NCBI RefSeq assembly: GCF_000981445.1
Contig: NC_027218.1
Location: forward strand, 992,001-1,056,000
DNA length: 64,000 bases
Source of the DNA: Babesia bigemina
Lineage: Eukaryota
Direction of reading: 5' to 3'
The first letter of the stretch is position 1. Each line of letters starts with the position of its first letter. A program made the position numbers and the translations under genes. Shown here piece by piece: positions 1 to 13,152 of the stretch. The notes under the pieces are model-generated. The model had not been told where the DNA came from. It did not search any database and saw only the letters and a list, made by a program, of their open reading frames with translations.

Positions 1-304
1 GAATAGACACTCAAGCAAGGTTCCAGATGTGTGACGCTCGGATAACCGATGAAGTACTAGAATCCTGGACCAGGTTGTGTACATATGCGATTCAAGATTT
101 TGATAAAACGTGCCCATTCGGCGCATACAGCTGACTTCATATACCTAAAAACTATTCATTAATATACTACGTCGTGGCCAAAACCACACTGGCGCTAAAT
201 GACGCCTGTTAGCCTTATAACAAAGGGCGGCACTCCACGGTGATGGGAGCGTACACATACGACTTTGACCGTACACAGTTTATTTATATAGCCTTGCTGA
301 GTTA

Positions 305-3027
305 TTAGTGTTGTTTAATTTGTATGTGTGTGGACTCCGCGACGTTTTCCGCCTGCAACCGTGTTTCCGGAACCACGATTACGCGGATCCCCCTCATTCG
401 AAGTAGATCGCAGAAAAGCCACATCTTGCTCTTCAGATGCACACCTCGGTGACAAGCTGCACAATTTAGTCCGTTTATATACTAAACGTACCGTAGTAGT
501 CCTGTCTTTTAATAACTTGCACTGCCGTACGAAGGCCAGGGTAGTAGAAGTCGACGACCAGGTTATCGATTTTATGGAATTCGACATACTCGTGCCCATT
601 ATCGTGCTTATCAATCCACTGCTTCAATACGTGATGACTTTTGCCTCCGGTTGCTTGAGGTAGTCTCAAATCTCGTGCCAGCGCCTCAACGTCAGTGCCC
701 ATAATAGGGGTGTGTTCAACCACTCCTCCTAGCCTGTCTGGGACATCGTATGGCGCAGGCTGCATCATCTCCATATATGCTGTGTAGAAGTCAGGCCGTC
801 TGTATTTCTGGTAGTCCAGCACTTCCATGAGGGTGGTAGTGGGCTTCCTCAGGCAGAATTCGAACAGCGGTTGTGACAACTTTGTTGCATAGTCCCCGTG
901 ATTCGTGAATTCTATGAACTGTAATATCGTGGCGGCGCATTCTAGATCATCCAATAGATCGGGGCAGTTGTATACACGGTCGAGTATCACATCCGCTAAT
1001 TCAGCGCATACTATCCGCGACTCCGTTAGCTGCTTCAACACTGCGGTTAGGTCCACCATACTGACCGTGCTGTTGTATTTCACCTTTTGTAGTATGGAAG
1101 TCTGTATGAGGCTGGCTATTGGCTGAACATGGGATATATCCAGTTCAACTTTAGTTAAGCACTCCAAAAGTTTGATAAGGCCGCGGAGTGGAATGTCTTT
1201 TGCGACACTGCCCGACTTTGCTATGTAAAGTAGATCGGTATCCTTTTTAACTGCCATTTTATTATCCGTACGCAAGGTTCCTTCGTGATGTGCCGGGGTA
1301 GAAACTGAGGATGGGTCGCAACAATCATTGACCATGACACCCTCACCCGTGGCGCCAAGCCCTTCACATTGCCCAGCCGACAAGTGCCCCAGAACCTCCT
1401 CTGCCACTTTATCGGTTACTACTTCGGCGCTTCCACATTGTATTTGAGTTACGTTGATCTGATTTCGCGGGTTCAGGTGCGGAAAGAGTAGGGAGAATCC
1501 AGACTCTAATACATTGGCGTTGATGCGTTGCATGTTGAGTGTCACATACAGATGTAAACAATCTATTATAGCCGCCACATCAGACTTGTTCTTTTCCAGA
1601 GCATCCTGCACAAGCGGTATGAGGTACTTCCTATGCCTCTTTGCAGATATCTGCGCCAGGCTCTTGAACGCCTGTAGCAGTTCTGGACCTGTGCCACCGG
1701 CCAATTTGCCACGTGCCATCTTCGAAAGCAAGCGCGAAACATCCACGTACGAACTATTGATGTGCAGAGTATTACAGCACGCCAACAGTTTCAAGAACGT
1801 TTTTCCATCGACAGCCGCCACCATGGGTTTTTGAATGTTCTTCAACAGCAGTTTTCTTACCACGCCACTCTGCTTGAACATGAGTGATATGGCCAGGCAA
1901 AATGTGATCATTTCTTCAAATGGCATGTACTCGATCTTGTGTTCGAATTCCTTCCTGAGGGCGGCGTTGAGCATTTGGCACTCTTCGCTGTACACGTTCG
2001 TTGCGATGTTTGGAGTCAGGAGGAGGCACATGTGTTTCAAGAATGGCAACATTAATAAGAGCGTGCTCTTCTCTTCAGACGTCATCAGGTCGAAATTGTA
2101 CAGTAGCGCCTCCATGGCAGAGGTGTAGAGGGCATCGTCTGCGTATGCAGTCCTGTACATGAACTGGAGCACATTAAGCAGCGCAGCGGGTTCCAGCGCG
2201 TATATATGGCGCTTTAATTCGCCAATGTAGATCGTCGTAAGTTCTTGCAGCTGCTTGTCCTCAGGGTAATGCTCACGCATTATATGCAGCACCGACAACG
2301 CAGCACCCAAGGCGTCAATGTCGATGCCTGCGATTATAACCTTGAAGATCACGCTGGTTACCAAATCGTATATCTCATTGGTGTCAACACGACCTCCAGT
2401 ATTCTGCAGAAGTAGCAACAGGTTGTTGCAGTGTTTCAGGCACAATGTCTCCGTGTCGGGCATTTTATGGAGGGCGCCTAAAAGCATGAACAGCACGTCA
2501 CGAACATCCGGTGACTCCAGGACCACGAGAAAATCGAGTGCCTCTGTTAGGATTTCCTTCGTGAGCAGGTGCTGGTTTTTCACGGTCATGGCAACAACGT
2601 ACCGCACGAACTCGTTGCCCATGACGTACGTCTGCTTGAATTCCGGGGTACACTGGCTTATGAGGGGCAGCATTTGCTTCAGTATGCCGAACTTACGCAT
2701 CATGTATTGGGTTATTTCATCGTTCGATGCGTTTCCCGGACACCGCTTGAGATTGGACAGCGCCGCAAGTTTGTTTGCAAGTGAAACGTCTGTCTCGGTG
2801 ACGACAGCTTTCTTGGCATTCGCCGAATCTTTTAGCCAAACCAGGTTTTCCTGAAGCCGCATAACCGTCCGATTTTTGTTTCTACTTTCTGTAGGCCCGG
2901 TTGACACTCTCGCTTGTGCGGCTGACTGGATGAACTTGCGTGCCATAGACATCCCGCGGAACGGGTACTCAGCCGCCAGGCGCCTTATCATTAAAGCCAT
3001 CATCGCCAGGCACTCTCTATCGCTCAA
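305..3027 (-). CDS. RAP-domain protein (helical repeat region plus C-terminal RAP domain); 5' end uncertain
   Basis: 850-aa ORF 475..3027. Removing a short GT-AG intron (~457-491) joins LVVDFYYPGLRTAVQVIKRQDYY to ACHRGVHLKSKMWLFCDLLRMRGIRVIVVPE, a RAP-like pattern. Stop at 305-307. RAP proteins are expanded in Apicomplexa. Confidence 0.6.
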
Positions 3028-3298
3028 ACTACATGTCGGTCGGATACCTCGTTTAGTTCGATCACATTATCCACGTATATCCGCTGATTGACGGTAATGA
3101 ATTCTGCCTGCGTATCGTGATTACGCAGAATCTCGAGCCAGTTCGTAATGATGACTCTAATTGTACACTCAAAGTGCAAGCATTCGAATTTGATATTGCG
3201 ATAGTATGACACCTGTATGCTCGTTCATCACTGGCCGCATAACCGTCAGTCATGTCAGCACCCTGTTTACGCAGTGCCCGGCCGAGTCACAATTGTGT

Positions 3299-3712
3299 TC
3301 AGTGCCGGTCATACTTGAAGCATATCCAATGCGCCGACAATTGCTGCTCTATAGCCTCTATGGCCTGCTTGTTGGAGAGTGAGCGCACAAATGAGTCTTC
3401 GAGCAGAAGCTCGAGGATGCGAATGCAGTACGGGTACTTGATGAACTTGACGTATTCAGGACGCCTGAAATACTGAAGGTATACGATATAAGCACGGAAT
3501 CTTTGGTCCTCAAAGTACCCCGCCTTGGCAAGATAGTGCAGGTAGTGCGGATTCGCCAGGCATTGCACGAACTCTAGTTCTGCCTCGAATCTTAGTTGAT
3601 CATCGTTTTCCGCTGATAGGTGTAAGACGATCTAACGCTGCCACCTACCTGCGATCATAGCAGATGTCTTGACGTCCTGTGGCGTCGTTGGAGAGTCTAT
3701 TAGCTCATCCAT
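3299..3712 (-). CDS. MED31: Mediator subunit 31 (SOH1), one intron
   Basis: Spliced translation contains RFEAELEFVQCLANPHYLHYLA...YLQYFRRPEYVKFIKYPYC, the SOH1 signature. ATG at 3712. Confidence 0.9.
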
Positions 3713-3915
3713 TGGTACGCAGCGCCGGGTGGAAAGCTCGGACGTCGGCCCGACGCTGTCTACCGTGGTTGCCGATGGGGGTACAACCCTGTGGAAGTCA
3801 CTTCTAAATTAGTGGAAATACATCGAAGTTATCATATCTGAGAAGTGGCTGCTGTTTTGTGAGGATATTGAACGTCTGCGTTGCGCCCCTCGTTCCCTCT
3901 GCTCCATGGACGAAA

Positions 3916-4243
3916 ATGGCTCAGGTGAGCGTCGTTATTTTTGGCATTAAACCGCCGTGTAAAATGCTATACATCGTGCTCTAGATGATTGAGGTGATTT
4001 TGAACGACCGTCTGGGTCGCAAGATTCGGGTCAAGTGCAACAGCGACGACACTATCCTGGACCTTAAGAAGCTAGTGGCTGCGCAAACAGGTTTGCCGCA
4101 CGTCTGCGACCGCTATGGCTATTTCAGGTACGCGTTACGACAAAATTAGGATCCAGAAGTGGTACACTATCTACAAGGATCACATTACCCTCGAGGATTA
4201 CGAGATCAAGGACGGCATGGGCCTCGAGCTCTTTTACAATTGA
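3916..4243 (+). CDS. UBL5: Ubiquitin-like protein 5 / Hub1
   Basis: Exons 3985-4090 and 4128-4243 give [74 protein letters not shown] possible 9-nt first exon (MAQ, 3916-3924) splices in frame. Missed by the ORF track. Confidence 0.92.
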
Positions 4244-4823
4244 ATAGGGAGGCAAATGTAACGCGCATACGCGTTTTTGCCGGTAGACACAGACCCGGCC
4301 TGTTTTACCACGGCAGCGCAGAAAATCTGGCCCAGCGAAAAGCACTTCTCACACATCCGCTCGACCGTGGTCGGCAGAAACAGATTGTGCAAAATGTTGT
4401 TATAAATCGATTATGTAATTTTATTTTGGTTGTTTGGTGTGCGTTCCAGGATCGGCCTTACGCATACTCGCGTGGCATCGCAAATTAAATTTTTTTATGT
4501 TATCGACTGTCTATATACGATAGTCGTGTGTGTATAATAATACGCATTAGCATATGTAGCATTAGATATAAATTCCTCGTACACATCGACGACTTCGGTG
4601 GCGGTGGCTTCAGACAGCTTCTGCGCTGCCGGCCTCACGGCGGCTGGAGGACGACACATCGCCGTCTGCAGGCCGTTCGGGCCGAAACATAGGCCGAATG
4701 GTTGTACAGGGCGCTGCGGCGATGAATCTTAAGGTCTTTTGTGGTAAAAGAGGGGAGAAATCCATAAGGGAGGACGGATAAAGCTGGACTCGCCACTCTA
4801 CTGGGATTTCCCGCGGCCGGAAG

Positions 4824-5879
4824 ATGTCCTGCAGCGTCTCTCGTCGTGTGACGAAGGTATTGGTATCGTGTGGTACCTTGTCCGCAATCACGCTGCCGGT
4901 GATTTGGTTCTGCGCTTACCAGTGGAAGTACCATGTAGAGCGCATGAGTTACCTCCCCCCGGTTATCAACCTGGTTTTGTACGTCCTGCTGATTCTGGAG
5001 TTCCTTGTCATGACGTTGAGCAACCCGGGCGTTTTGAAGAAGAAACATTTCCCCGCCCAAACGTATAACCACATGACTGGGACCTATCGGCGAGTGGCAC
5101 CGCAGCGGTTTCTGGAGATACAGATCAACGGGCAGATCATCACCACAAAGTATTGCGTGACCTGCCACATATACCGGCCTCCCAGGACCGTCCACTGCTC
5201 GAGCTGCGGAGGGTGCGTGCTGCGGTATGACCACCACTGCCCCTACATCGGCAACTGCATCGGTTTCAACAACTACAGGAGGTTCTACTGCTTCGTCATG
5301 ACCTGCTGCCTCTACTTCTTGGCCATGCTGATATCGTCCGTCTATCGTTTCGTCGGTTTCTTCCCGAGACCGTGGGAGAGCTTCGAGAAGGAGGCCGCCG
5401 TGTCTATTTGGACGTTTGTGTCGATCATCTGGAACGTGCTGGTGTTTTGGCTGGTTCTGGGCCTGTGCTGCTTCCACATCCTCATAATTTTGAAGGGGCA
5501 GAGCACGTACGATCGCATCAAGGGCAACTACATGGGCTTCAACCCGTTCTACCGCGGCTGCAAGCGGAGCCTCGTCGACATGCTTTTCGTGAGGCATCGG
5601 CTCATGGAGTTCGTCAACCCATGGAGCCCCAAACACAGCGCCCAGTATATGTTCAGCCCGGGCGCCATGTTCACCTCCCAGGAGCAGTGCGAGGAGATGC
5701 GCCAGCAAAACGAGGAGTTCGAGGACTCTGCAACCGTCCCGATGTTGAACACGCACGAGAAGAACACGCTGCAGTACATCAAGGTCTTCGGAAACGCAGA
5801 GTTCACTTTTCTCAACCAGTCATCAATAGACTACGATATAGTCAGCGATGCCAGTGTGCGCACTCCCACCGAAGTTTAA
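4824..5879 (+). CDS. DHHC palmitoyltransferase
   Basis: KYCVTCHIYRPPRTVHCSSCGGCVLRYDHHCPYIGNCIGFNNYRRF (DHHC cysteine-rich domain) and several hydrophobic segments. The 5' end may extend upstream. Confidence 0.93.
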   Translation: MSCSVSRRVTKVLVSCGTLSAITLPVIWFCAYQWKYHVERMSYLPPVINLVLYVLLILEFLVMTLSNPGVLKKKHFPAQTYNHMTGTYRRVAPQRFLEIQINGQIITTKYCVTCHIYRPPRTVHCSSCGGCVLRYDHHCPYIGNCIGFNNYRRFYCFVMTCCLYFLAMLISSVYRFVGFFPRPWESFEKEAAVSIWTFVSIIWNVLVFWLVLGLCCFHILIILKGQSTYDRIKGNYMGFNPFYRGCKRSLVDMLFVRHRLMEFVNPWSPKHSAQYMFSPGAMFTSQEQCEEMRQQNEEFEDSATVPMLNTHEKNTLQYIKVFGNAEFTFLNQSSIDYDIVSDASVRTPTEV

Positions 5880-6155
5880 GGCTTAAGGCGCTCTTCAGTA
5901 CCTTCGCTAAAACAGAGCGATAATATGCCAGTTTGTTGCCTTAACTCATTACACGAAAGTTTTGCGTGACTCATCCACGTTGTTGGACTTTATAGTCACG
6001 GGTTAGGGGGCCGACGGATGGCCTTGTGCAGTCATCCGTGACCCACTGATGCCACCGCAGTCGCAACCGGCCCCTTTTAACGTTGGCTGATCGCCATATT
6101 GGGAGTCCCTTACGTCGGTTCGGCTGACAGCCACCTCCAACACATCCCAGGTCTA

Positions 6156-7181
6156 TCATATAAAGCTTGGTTCGGCACTTGCCGTTTTCTCAGCGGTCTT
6201 CGGCGTTGTGTCCTTGTTCTTCGCCGCCGCGGCTTCGTCGCGCATCTCCTGCAAACCCGGGCGGATCTGAACTCTGTGCAGCTGGGGCAGCTCCATCTGG
6301 AGCAGCACGTTCTGCCGTGCCAGCCGTTCATTCGGGTTGCCCTGCGCGTCGACACGGTAGTTCAACTCATTCGGCTCGGGGTCGTTGAGCTTGAACGCCG
6401 CAGGCAGCAGGGGGAAGTGCTTGTGCGCGAAGCGAGGGCGTGACGCCACGATTTTCTGATACGCCTCGTCCGACTTGAGGGAGTAGGTATCGCGCGCCGC
6501 GCTTGTTATGAAGTACTCCAGGTCCACAGCCGCCTCGTCCTTGTTCACGGAGAGCGCAGCTTGGGATGGTTTCGAGAGGCTGTTGTAAACAGGCTCCTCG
6601 CTCGCGACGCCCCCCTCCATGGAGTCGCCAGGGGTGTTGATCTCCGACAGGTGCGATGACGCGTTCACCATGCACTCGAAATAGAGCGAGCTCGGTTGCG
6701 CGAGAACTGCCGGCTGTATGAAAGAGGTGTGCGAGAGCGCCACCACCTGCTTGGGCAGCTGCTTTGCGGCGGACACAACCTTCTCCTTGAAGATCATGTT
6801 GTAGAGGGAGGGGTTCATGGACTCCAGGGCGCTGACCACATCGACGAAGTTGCTGCTGTCGCAACCCCTGGTGCGGCTGAGCGTCGCCGCCTTGCGTCCG
6901 ATGCGCCGGATCTCGTTGGCAACGAAGTTCGCCAGGAACTCTATCGAGTAGCAGTCCAGGCGCCTGATTCCATGGGTGTACGCGATCCACGCGACGCACT
7001 TCTGCAGCCACTCATCGTAGTACTCCCCACGATCCGTTTCCAGCGGCTCCTGGTAGACCACGTTCGAGCTCCGGGCCGAGCGATGCGCCTGCGCGAGCGA
7101 AATGATCACGCTGTCCCTGTTGACCTTAAACGTGCTGTCGGCCGCCGCATCCCCCAAGGAAGGGTCGCATTCGGGGTCCAT
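6156..7181 (-). CDS. TAF8-like protein (bromodomain-associated histone fold)
   Basis: WLQKCVAWIAYTHGI...IEFLANFVANEIRRIG...SNFVDVVSALESM resembles the Bromo_TP histone fold. RPRFAHKHFPLLP resembles the TAF8 C-terminal motif. Confidence 0.6.
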   Translation of the reverse strand: MDPECDPSLGDAAADSTFKVNRDSVIISLAQAHRSARSSNVVYQEPLETDRGEYYDEWLQKCVAWIAYTHGIRRLDCYSIEFLANFVANEIRRIGRKAATLSRTRGCDSSNFVDVVSALESMNPSLYNMIFKEKVVSAAKQLPKQVVALSHTSFIQPAVLAQPSSLYFECMVNASSHLSEINTPGDSMEGGVASEEPVYNSLSKPSQAALSVNKDEAAVDLEYFITSAARDTYSLKSDEAYQKIVASRPRFAHKHFPLLPAAFKLNDPEPNELNYRVDAQGNPNERLARQNVLLQMELPQLHRVQIRPGLQEMRDEAAAAKNKDTTPKTAEKTASAEPSFI

Positions 7182-7735
7182 CCTAACGTCTACTTGATCT
7201 TCTACAAGGTTGAATGGTGGAACGACATGGCAGCTTCCACGCCGTTATCCACTACAACGAGCGTTAGGCTTCCGTACGGCGGCGATATGATCCCGTAACA
7301 CAGGGAATGTATTGCGATATTGCCCCTCGCTGCTCGTTAAGCGCTTTCAGCAGTCGAAGGGTGCTCGTGGCGCGCGTTCGACACCAATTTCTAGGCTCGT
7401 TAAGGCCTCAACGCACTCCGAACGGTGTTTATGGTACAGGTTTAATTATTTTTCTCGATTTTACAGGTGTGTAAGTCGGGGAAGGATCGTGATAGGGTTT
7501 GAATCCGTCGCGATTCCGTTGAGGTGGCCAGACACTATCGACTCGCAGCATACGGTAGAATCGGGGTTTCCGGTATATGGCGATCACCGCTCCTCTAGGT
7601 GAGGCATAGAAGGCTAAGAGTCGTGGCGGGATTAGTCTGGTCTATCGTCAAGGGTGTAGAAGGCGCAGCTCCTCCTTGGCCTTTGTCGCTTTGTTATGCG
7701 AGGCTGCAGGCCGAGGCTACCTGGATCCTCCGCAA

Positions 7736-9914
7736 ATGGACACAGATGCGGGCGACTTCGACTACTACGACATCCTGAATGTCCCTCGTGACAGCTCAGT
7801 CGACGATATCAAGGCAAGCTACCATAGGCTCATACGCCAATGGCACCCCGACAAAAATTTCATGCCGGTGTCGGACCCATCGCAGCCCCTTTCCGTGACT
7901 GATCGCACCGCAGACGCTTATGAAATCCCACAGGAGTTGCAGAGGGACTCGGCGTTCACCAAGATCCAGCTGGCCTACTCGGTTTTGTCCGACCCCGCTC
8001 GGCGTCGTGTCTACGGTACGTTCGTCAGGCGGCTAGCTCACGTTTGCAGACAAGTACGGCAGTGAGGGAGTTCAACTGAAGATGCTGCTGCAAAAACAGC
8101 TCGACAGCGAGCGCGTGGAATCGCGCACAATCCCCGAGTCGCTCGAGGATGAGGCCACGCTGCAGAAATCGTGGGAGCTCCGCCGGGCGGCCGACGAGGT
8201 CGAGATTGAGCGCCGGATCCACGTGCTCCTTCAGAAGCGCCGTTGGGACAAGTTTCGCGACTTCCCAGTGCAGGTGGTGAGCCACTGCACGTTTGGCGGC
8301 GTGACCAACTTCTTCGACGACCAGATCGCAACGGTGATGCGGCGGCGCATGTTCCAGATCCGGGAGACCTGCATCACAAATTCCGTGGAGGTGCTACTGA
8401 GCAGACACACGCGAGCCGGGTACACCTATTACAGCTCGGCCACACGAGGCACTTTCGGCAAGTGCCGGGGCGGCGTCCGTCTGTCCTCGGAGTTGACGGA
8501 CACCGTCGAGTCCACAGTCAGCGTTGAATGGGGCGACTACCTGAGCTACCGTTCAACCGCCCTGTCTATCAAGAAAATGTTCTCGGAGAACTTCTGGGCG
8601 ACGTCCATCTTTGCGCTGGACCGGTACCTCACCCCCGCCATGCGGTGCGTGGTGCACAAGAGCTGGGGGGAACATCATGCCGTCGAGCTCACCGCGCTCC
8701 CCGACTACGCCATGACGTACGGCTACAATCGCACCTTCGCGGGAGACCTCAAGTCCAACCTGCAGATAGCCGCCTCTCAGGACGACTTGGGGGCGCTGGT
8801 GCGTGTGAAGGCGCGCTCGGGCACCGGATCCGTGATCGGCACCATCTGCAGGTTCTCCGTGCTCGGAGGGTTGTTTGTGGAGGGATACGTCCGGCACCGC
8901 TTCGACACCGAGCTGCTGGCGAGGTTGAAGCTTGAGTGCCGGCTGCGCTACTCCCGGAGCTCGCTGTTCGTCATATTCAAGATAGTGCTGAACAACAATC
9001 GCATCGACCTGCCCATCGAGCTGTACAGCGGAAGCGTGGACCACTGCATCTTCTTGGGAACGGCGGCATCTTGCCTGCTGATGTTGTTGCCGGCAGTTGC
9101 AGAGGTGGCGATGAAGCTGGTGTCACCCGCAGAGCCGGAACCGTGCTACGGTTTAGAGGGACCCAGCCTGCGGCGCAGTTTCTACTCCCAGTTCCCCGCC
9201 TTCTCGTACTTCGGACTCTGCGGGGTTGACGCCCGCTACCACGAAAGGTACGTGAGCGACAGCAGCCGTCAGGGGCCACTGTTGAGCCGCGCTCTGCAGT
9301 GGTCAGAGGAGGGACTAGAGGCCATAGTGGTTCGCGAGCTGCATCTAGCACGCCAGGAGGGCGCGGCGTTGCGCAACTCCGCAGTGGCCGCCTACCAGCG
9401 CGAGCTGGAGTCTGACGGCCTGTGCGTGCTCTTTGCCGTCTACGGCCACCCTGAAGCCCTGCGCACGCTGGTGGAATTCGTCACGATGGACCTGTTCGAA
9501 AACCTTGGCGGCATAACCGACAGCGCAGACTCCCCGGCACCGAGGTCCCAGCCGATCGGCAGCGCCAGGCGGTTCGTCTTCGGCAGCGTCACGGTGACCT
9601 CCATCCTCAAGCAGAACGACCAGATGCGCCTCCAACGGCTGTTCGACCGGTACCTGCTGGAGGTCACCAACGTGCTCATGTCCCGAGTCACGGATTCGCG
9701 GCTGCAGCTTTCCGTCAACACCAAGGGGCAGCTCATCGGCTTCGCCGACCCCTGCGCCAACCTGCCGAAAGTGGAGCCCAAGCTTTACGTGTGGTGAGTT
9801 TTAGCGAGTATTATCCTCACAGTTTTCAGCTACCGCTACAAAAAGCGTGTATATGCCGCCACTTTCGGCGATGGAGATCCCGTGCGCCTTCCCGATGGGT
9901 GCGAAGCAGCGTAG
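7736..9914 (+). CDS. DNAJC11: DnaJ C11-like protein (J domain plus DUF3395-like C-terminus), two introns
   Basis: J domain DYYDILNV...WHPDKN...IQLAYSVLSDPARRRVY. Intron ~8016-8049 joins it to ORF 8082..9797. C-terminal GFADPC..PKLYV|CYRYK..FGDGDPVRLP follows an intron at ~9794-9829. Confidence 0.75.
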
Positions 9915-9935
9915 CGTTAGGCCGCAGTCACAGCG

Positions 9936-11301
9936 TTAACTGGTGCTAGCAACGGCCTGATTTACGTTTTGTCTGCCTGCATCCATGCTCTCGCAAAGGG
10001 CTATCAGCCCCTCGATACCTTTGATCATGCTCGACGGTCCGGGAAGCTGCGCCTGATGTCGCGCCGCCGCACGCCACCTACCACAGGGAACCGAGAGTGT
10101 CTTATGCTCTCGACATGGGTGAAGTCGACCCACTTCACTCGGCACCGCGTGGGCGCGCTCTGGTCGTACGTGATCAGCAGCGAGGTGGCGGCGAAGGACA
10201 GCAGGTCCTGCATCGCCACCCAATCGCGGATGCCGATGAGCGCATCGATGACCCGCTGCCGCACCTCCGGTATGGAGCCTAGTGCCCTGCTCAGCATGTC
10301 AACATGTTTTGTGACCACATACATGTGTAGTATGTTTGTTGTGTCTTCTGTAGTCAGCAGTTTCGCTTGCGAGGCCGACACCTCGAGCATCCCATCCTGC
10401 AGCAGCGTTTAGTTACCACCGCGTGCTACCCACGTCTTTTGCGATGCAGATGGAGCAAATTCGGAAACCGAGCTCGTCTTCTGGGGTCTGCGACGCCACC
10501 AGTTTCTGGCGCCATGATTTTAGCAGAGAGTGAAACTCCGTCGGTTCCATGTCGGTAAACGGCGCACCCAGCCCTAGGTCTTCAGCGCTGATGTTCTGAA
10601 CGGTTTTAGCTGAGTCGTGTGCCCACGTACGTATAGCCGTTTGGTGCTGCTGGTTGACGTGTGCCCCAGCTTGTAACTGGTTTTGAGGTCTTGCCAGCGC
10701 TTGACACATGCAGCACGGGTGGCTAAGTCGACCCCTCCATAGGGCTCTGCATGCGCTTATTTGCCGCATGAACGCCACCCACCGTTGTCCAGCTTGTTGT
10801 GGATGCCAAGCTTTATGTCTATCACGGCCGGTTTTTCGTAGCCGTGCAGAAGGTTCTCCAGCTTTATGGATGTGAACACGGTTTTCTGTACCCCAGGGAT
10901 GCCTTCTCCCTCGAAGTACTTCACAACTGCGGCTATAAGTGCGACAGTGCTGCAAACCCACTACTGCAATGATCGTTCGCATCCTCGTTTTCGGACGCGT
11001 CATACTCCTCCTCGACTACCTTCACCACCCCGCTGAACGCAGGCAAGACGCCCATCTGCGCCAGTCTGCCCGGTGACTTGAGCGCTCCTTTCAGACACTC
11101 GTACAGCACGGTATTCCCGTGCGCGGGGTACCCGTTGATCAGACAGTAGAAGGTCGCCTCAGAGGTCGTGTACTCCGGTATGATTTTGTACACAAATCGG
11201 TAGTCGTGGTCACACAGCACGAGCGATGTGCCGCTGAGCTTCTTGTGTCTGCGGTCAAACAGCTCCAGCTCGTGCCGGTCGGTATTTTGCGGGTTCTCCA
11301 T
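9936..11301 (-). CDS. Inositol polyphosphate kinase family protein (multi-exon; boundaries approximate)
   Basis: Minus-strand pieces carry IPK-type motifs in the right order: SEATFY, ELGFRICSI, SLLITYD, VKWVDFTHV, IKGIEGLIAL. Confidence 0.65.
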
Positions 11302-11512
11302 GCTCACTTTTCGCGATGCACATGGTTCCGCCGGTCAGGAATAACTGCGATTTACGGAAATATTCGTGGCTTCATTTCCGCCAGGTGTGTGTAGACTGGC
11401 GTCTAACACATCCCCTCATTTTCGCGCCATTGTGTTTGTGTAGTGGTGCGTGCGTCGCCACGGATGTGCTCGAGAGGATTCGGTTTGGCGTTCCGTTGCA
11501 GCCCGGACAGAA

Positions 11513-12368
11513 ATGGATCAGCAGGAATGTATGCGTCGTGCGGTATGTGTTTTCCTGGCGTGTGTTACCTGGTTCGCTCAGGCCGAGCAGGCTGTAGACA
11601 GCTATGTGCGTGACGGCATGGTGGTTGGCCTGGGAACTGGTCGCACTGCTAGCTATGCCGTGCGACACCTGGCCAAGCTTCTAGCCGCTGGCACGCTGCG
11701 GGACGTAGTTGGAGTAGCGACCAGCGTTGCCACTCAACGTCTGGTTGGTTACCGCGCACAATCCGTTCATGAGCTCCCGGCAGATGCACGAAGTCGGCAT
11801 CCCGTCCCGTGACTTAGACGCCGACACACACATCGACGTGGCGATAGACGGCGCTGACGCTTTCGACGGCGACTTCAACCTCATCAAGGGCGGCGGCGGC
11901 GCGCTGTTCCGCGAGAAGCTGGTGGAGTTGGCGGCGGAGAAGCTCGTAATAGTACGCGACATTGCGCACACGTGACGATTATCAGGTCGTGGATGCGAGC
12001 AAGCGCGCGATGGGCCACCTTCTGGAGGCGTTCCGGGTCCCGGTCGAGGTCGTGAAGTTCGGGCACAGCGCAACCATGCAGCGCGTCGTGAAGCGCCTGC
12101 AGCCGCTCATCCGTTCGTGGAGTCAACGGCGTAACGCGGACGGGTCGCTCTACGAAACGGACAACTCGAATGTCATCATGGACATCGAGTTCTCCGCGAC
12201 GGACCTCGGAAGGCTGGAGGCGGAGCTGCGTTCAGTGGGTTGCAACTGCGTCGCTGAGCGTCAAATAATATCCAGGTGCACGGCGTCGTATGCACGGGTC
12301 TCTTCCTCGGGATGGCTTCTGCCGTGGTGGTCGCACACCCTAACGGCGTGGTGGAGGTCCTCACATAG
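11513..12368 (+). CDS. RPIA: Ribose-5-phosphate isomerase A (multi-exon)
   Basis: [52 protein letters not shown] and GVVCTGLF across short introns. Stop 12366-12368. Confidence 0.92.
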
Positions 12369-12486
12369 TCGCCTTCCACAACGCGCGACACCATCTTCGC
12401 CGTTGCTCATGTTTAGCGCTTCTAGTTTAATGTTTGTTGGCTGAATCCTTGGCTGCGCGACATCGTCACGGTCTCTTGTGTGTGCG

Positions 12487-13152
12487 ATGTCGAGGCTGCC
12501 GCCGCGGCGTCCCGACGCGCCTTCCTTCTACGGCGAGTGGCGCGTGGTGGACGAACACGAGTTCATGAGCCCGACCGTTGCCGACGTGCGCACCGAGTCG
12601 GAGTATTCGCAGGCGGTCGACGAGGGCGGGCTGCTGCAGAAGGAACTTCATGACCTGCGGTCGACGCTGACGTCGCCCCAAAATGACTTCACCAATCGCT
12701 TGGAAGAGATCAACCGTGAGACTGCCGGTAGGTCAAAGCAGTTTGTATATGGTGCACACGTTGTTTTAGAACAGCTAGACAGGGCTCGCCAGAAGTTCCT
12801 TGCCATCGAGACCACATGGCGCAAAAACAACTTCCAGCGCTACCTGGACGACGAGCTGCTCAACTCCGGCCAACACTTGAGCCACGTCGACCGGAAGCTG
12901 GCGCAGGCGGTGCGTGAAGTGGTCGAGATGAAGCGCGATGCCGAAACGGCGCTGATAGAGCTGACCAAGTCGGTGGCCAGCGTGGACTCTTTAATCGGCA
13001 AGACAAACCGTCTTAATCGCAGCAGCCGCGCGTTCATGCAGAAGGCGAACGCCGAGAAGAACGCAACTTCGTTATCGCTGAAGGCGCAGCTGTTTATTGC
13101 AGCGCTGCTTTCCTTCGCCGGGTACACGCTGATGAAGTACCTGGGCTGGTAG
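12487..13152 (+). CDS. Tail-anchored coiled-coil protein, possibly a divergent R-SNARE
   Basis: Heptad region VDSLIGKTNRLNRSSRAFMQKA followed by a C-terminal TM (LFIAALLSFAGYTLM). The zero-layer residue is not canonical. Confidence 0.4.
   Translation: MSRLPPRRPDAPSFYGEWRVVDEHEFMSPTVADVRTESEYSQAVDEGGLLQKELHDLRSTLTSPQNDFTNRLEEINRETAGRSKQFVYGAHVVLEQLDRARQKFLAIETTWRKNNFQRYLDDELLNSGQHLSHVDRKLAQAVREVVEMKRDAETALIELTKSVASVDSLIGKTNRLNRSSRAFMQKANAEKNATSLSLKAQLFIAALLSFAGYTLMKYLGW

Noticed and set aside
4635..9781. Many long antisense or alternate-frame ORFs (e.g. 4635..5756, 6367..7011, 6696..7298, 8553..9044)
   Set aside because: They shadow clear genes in a GC3-rich region where stops are rare on other frames, and carry no recognisable motifs.
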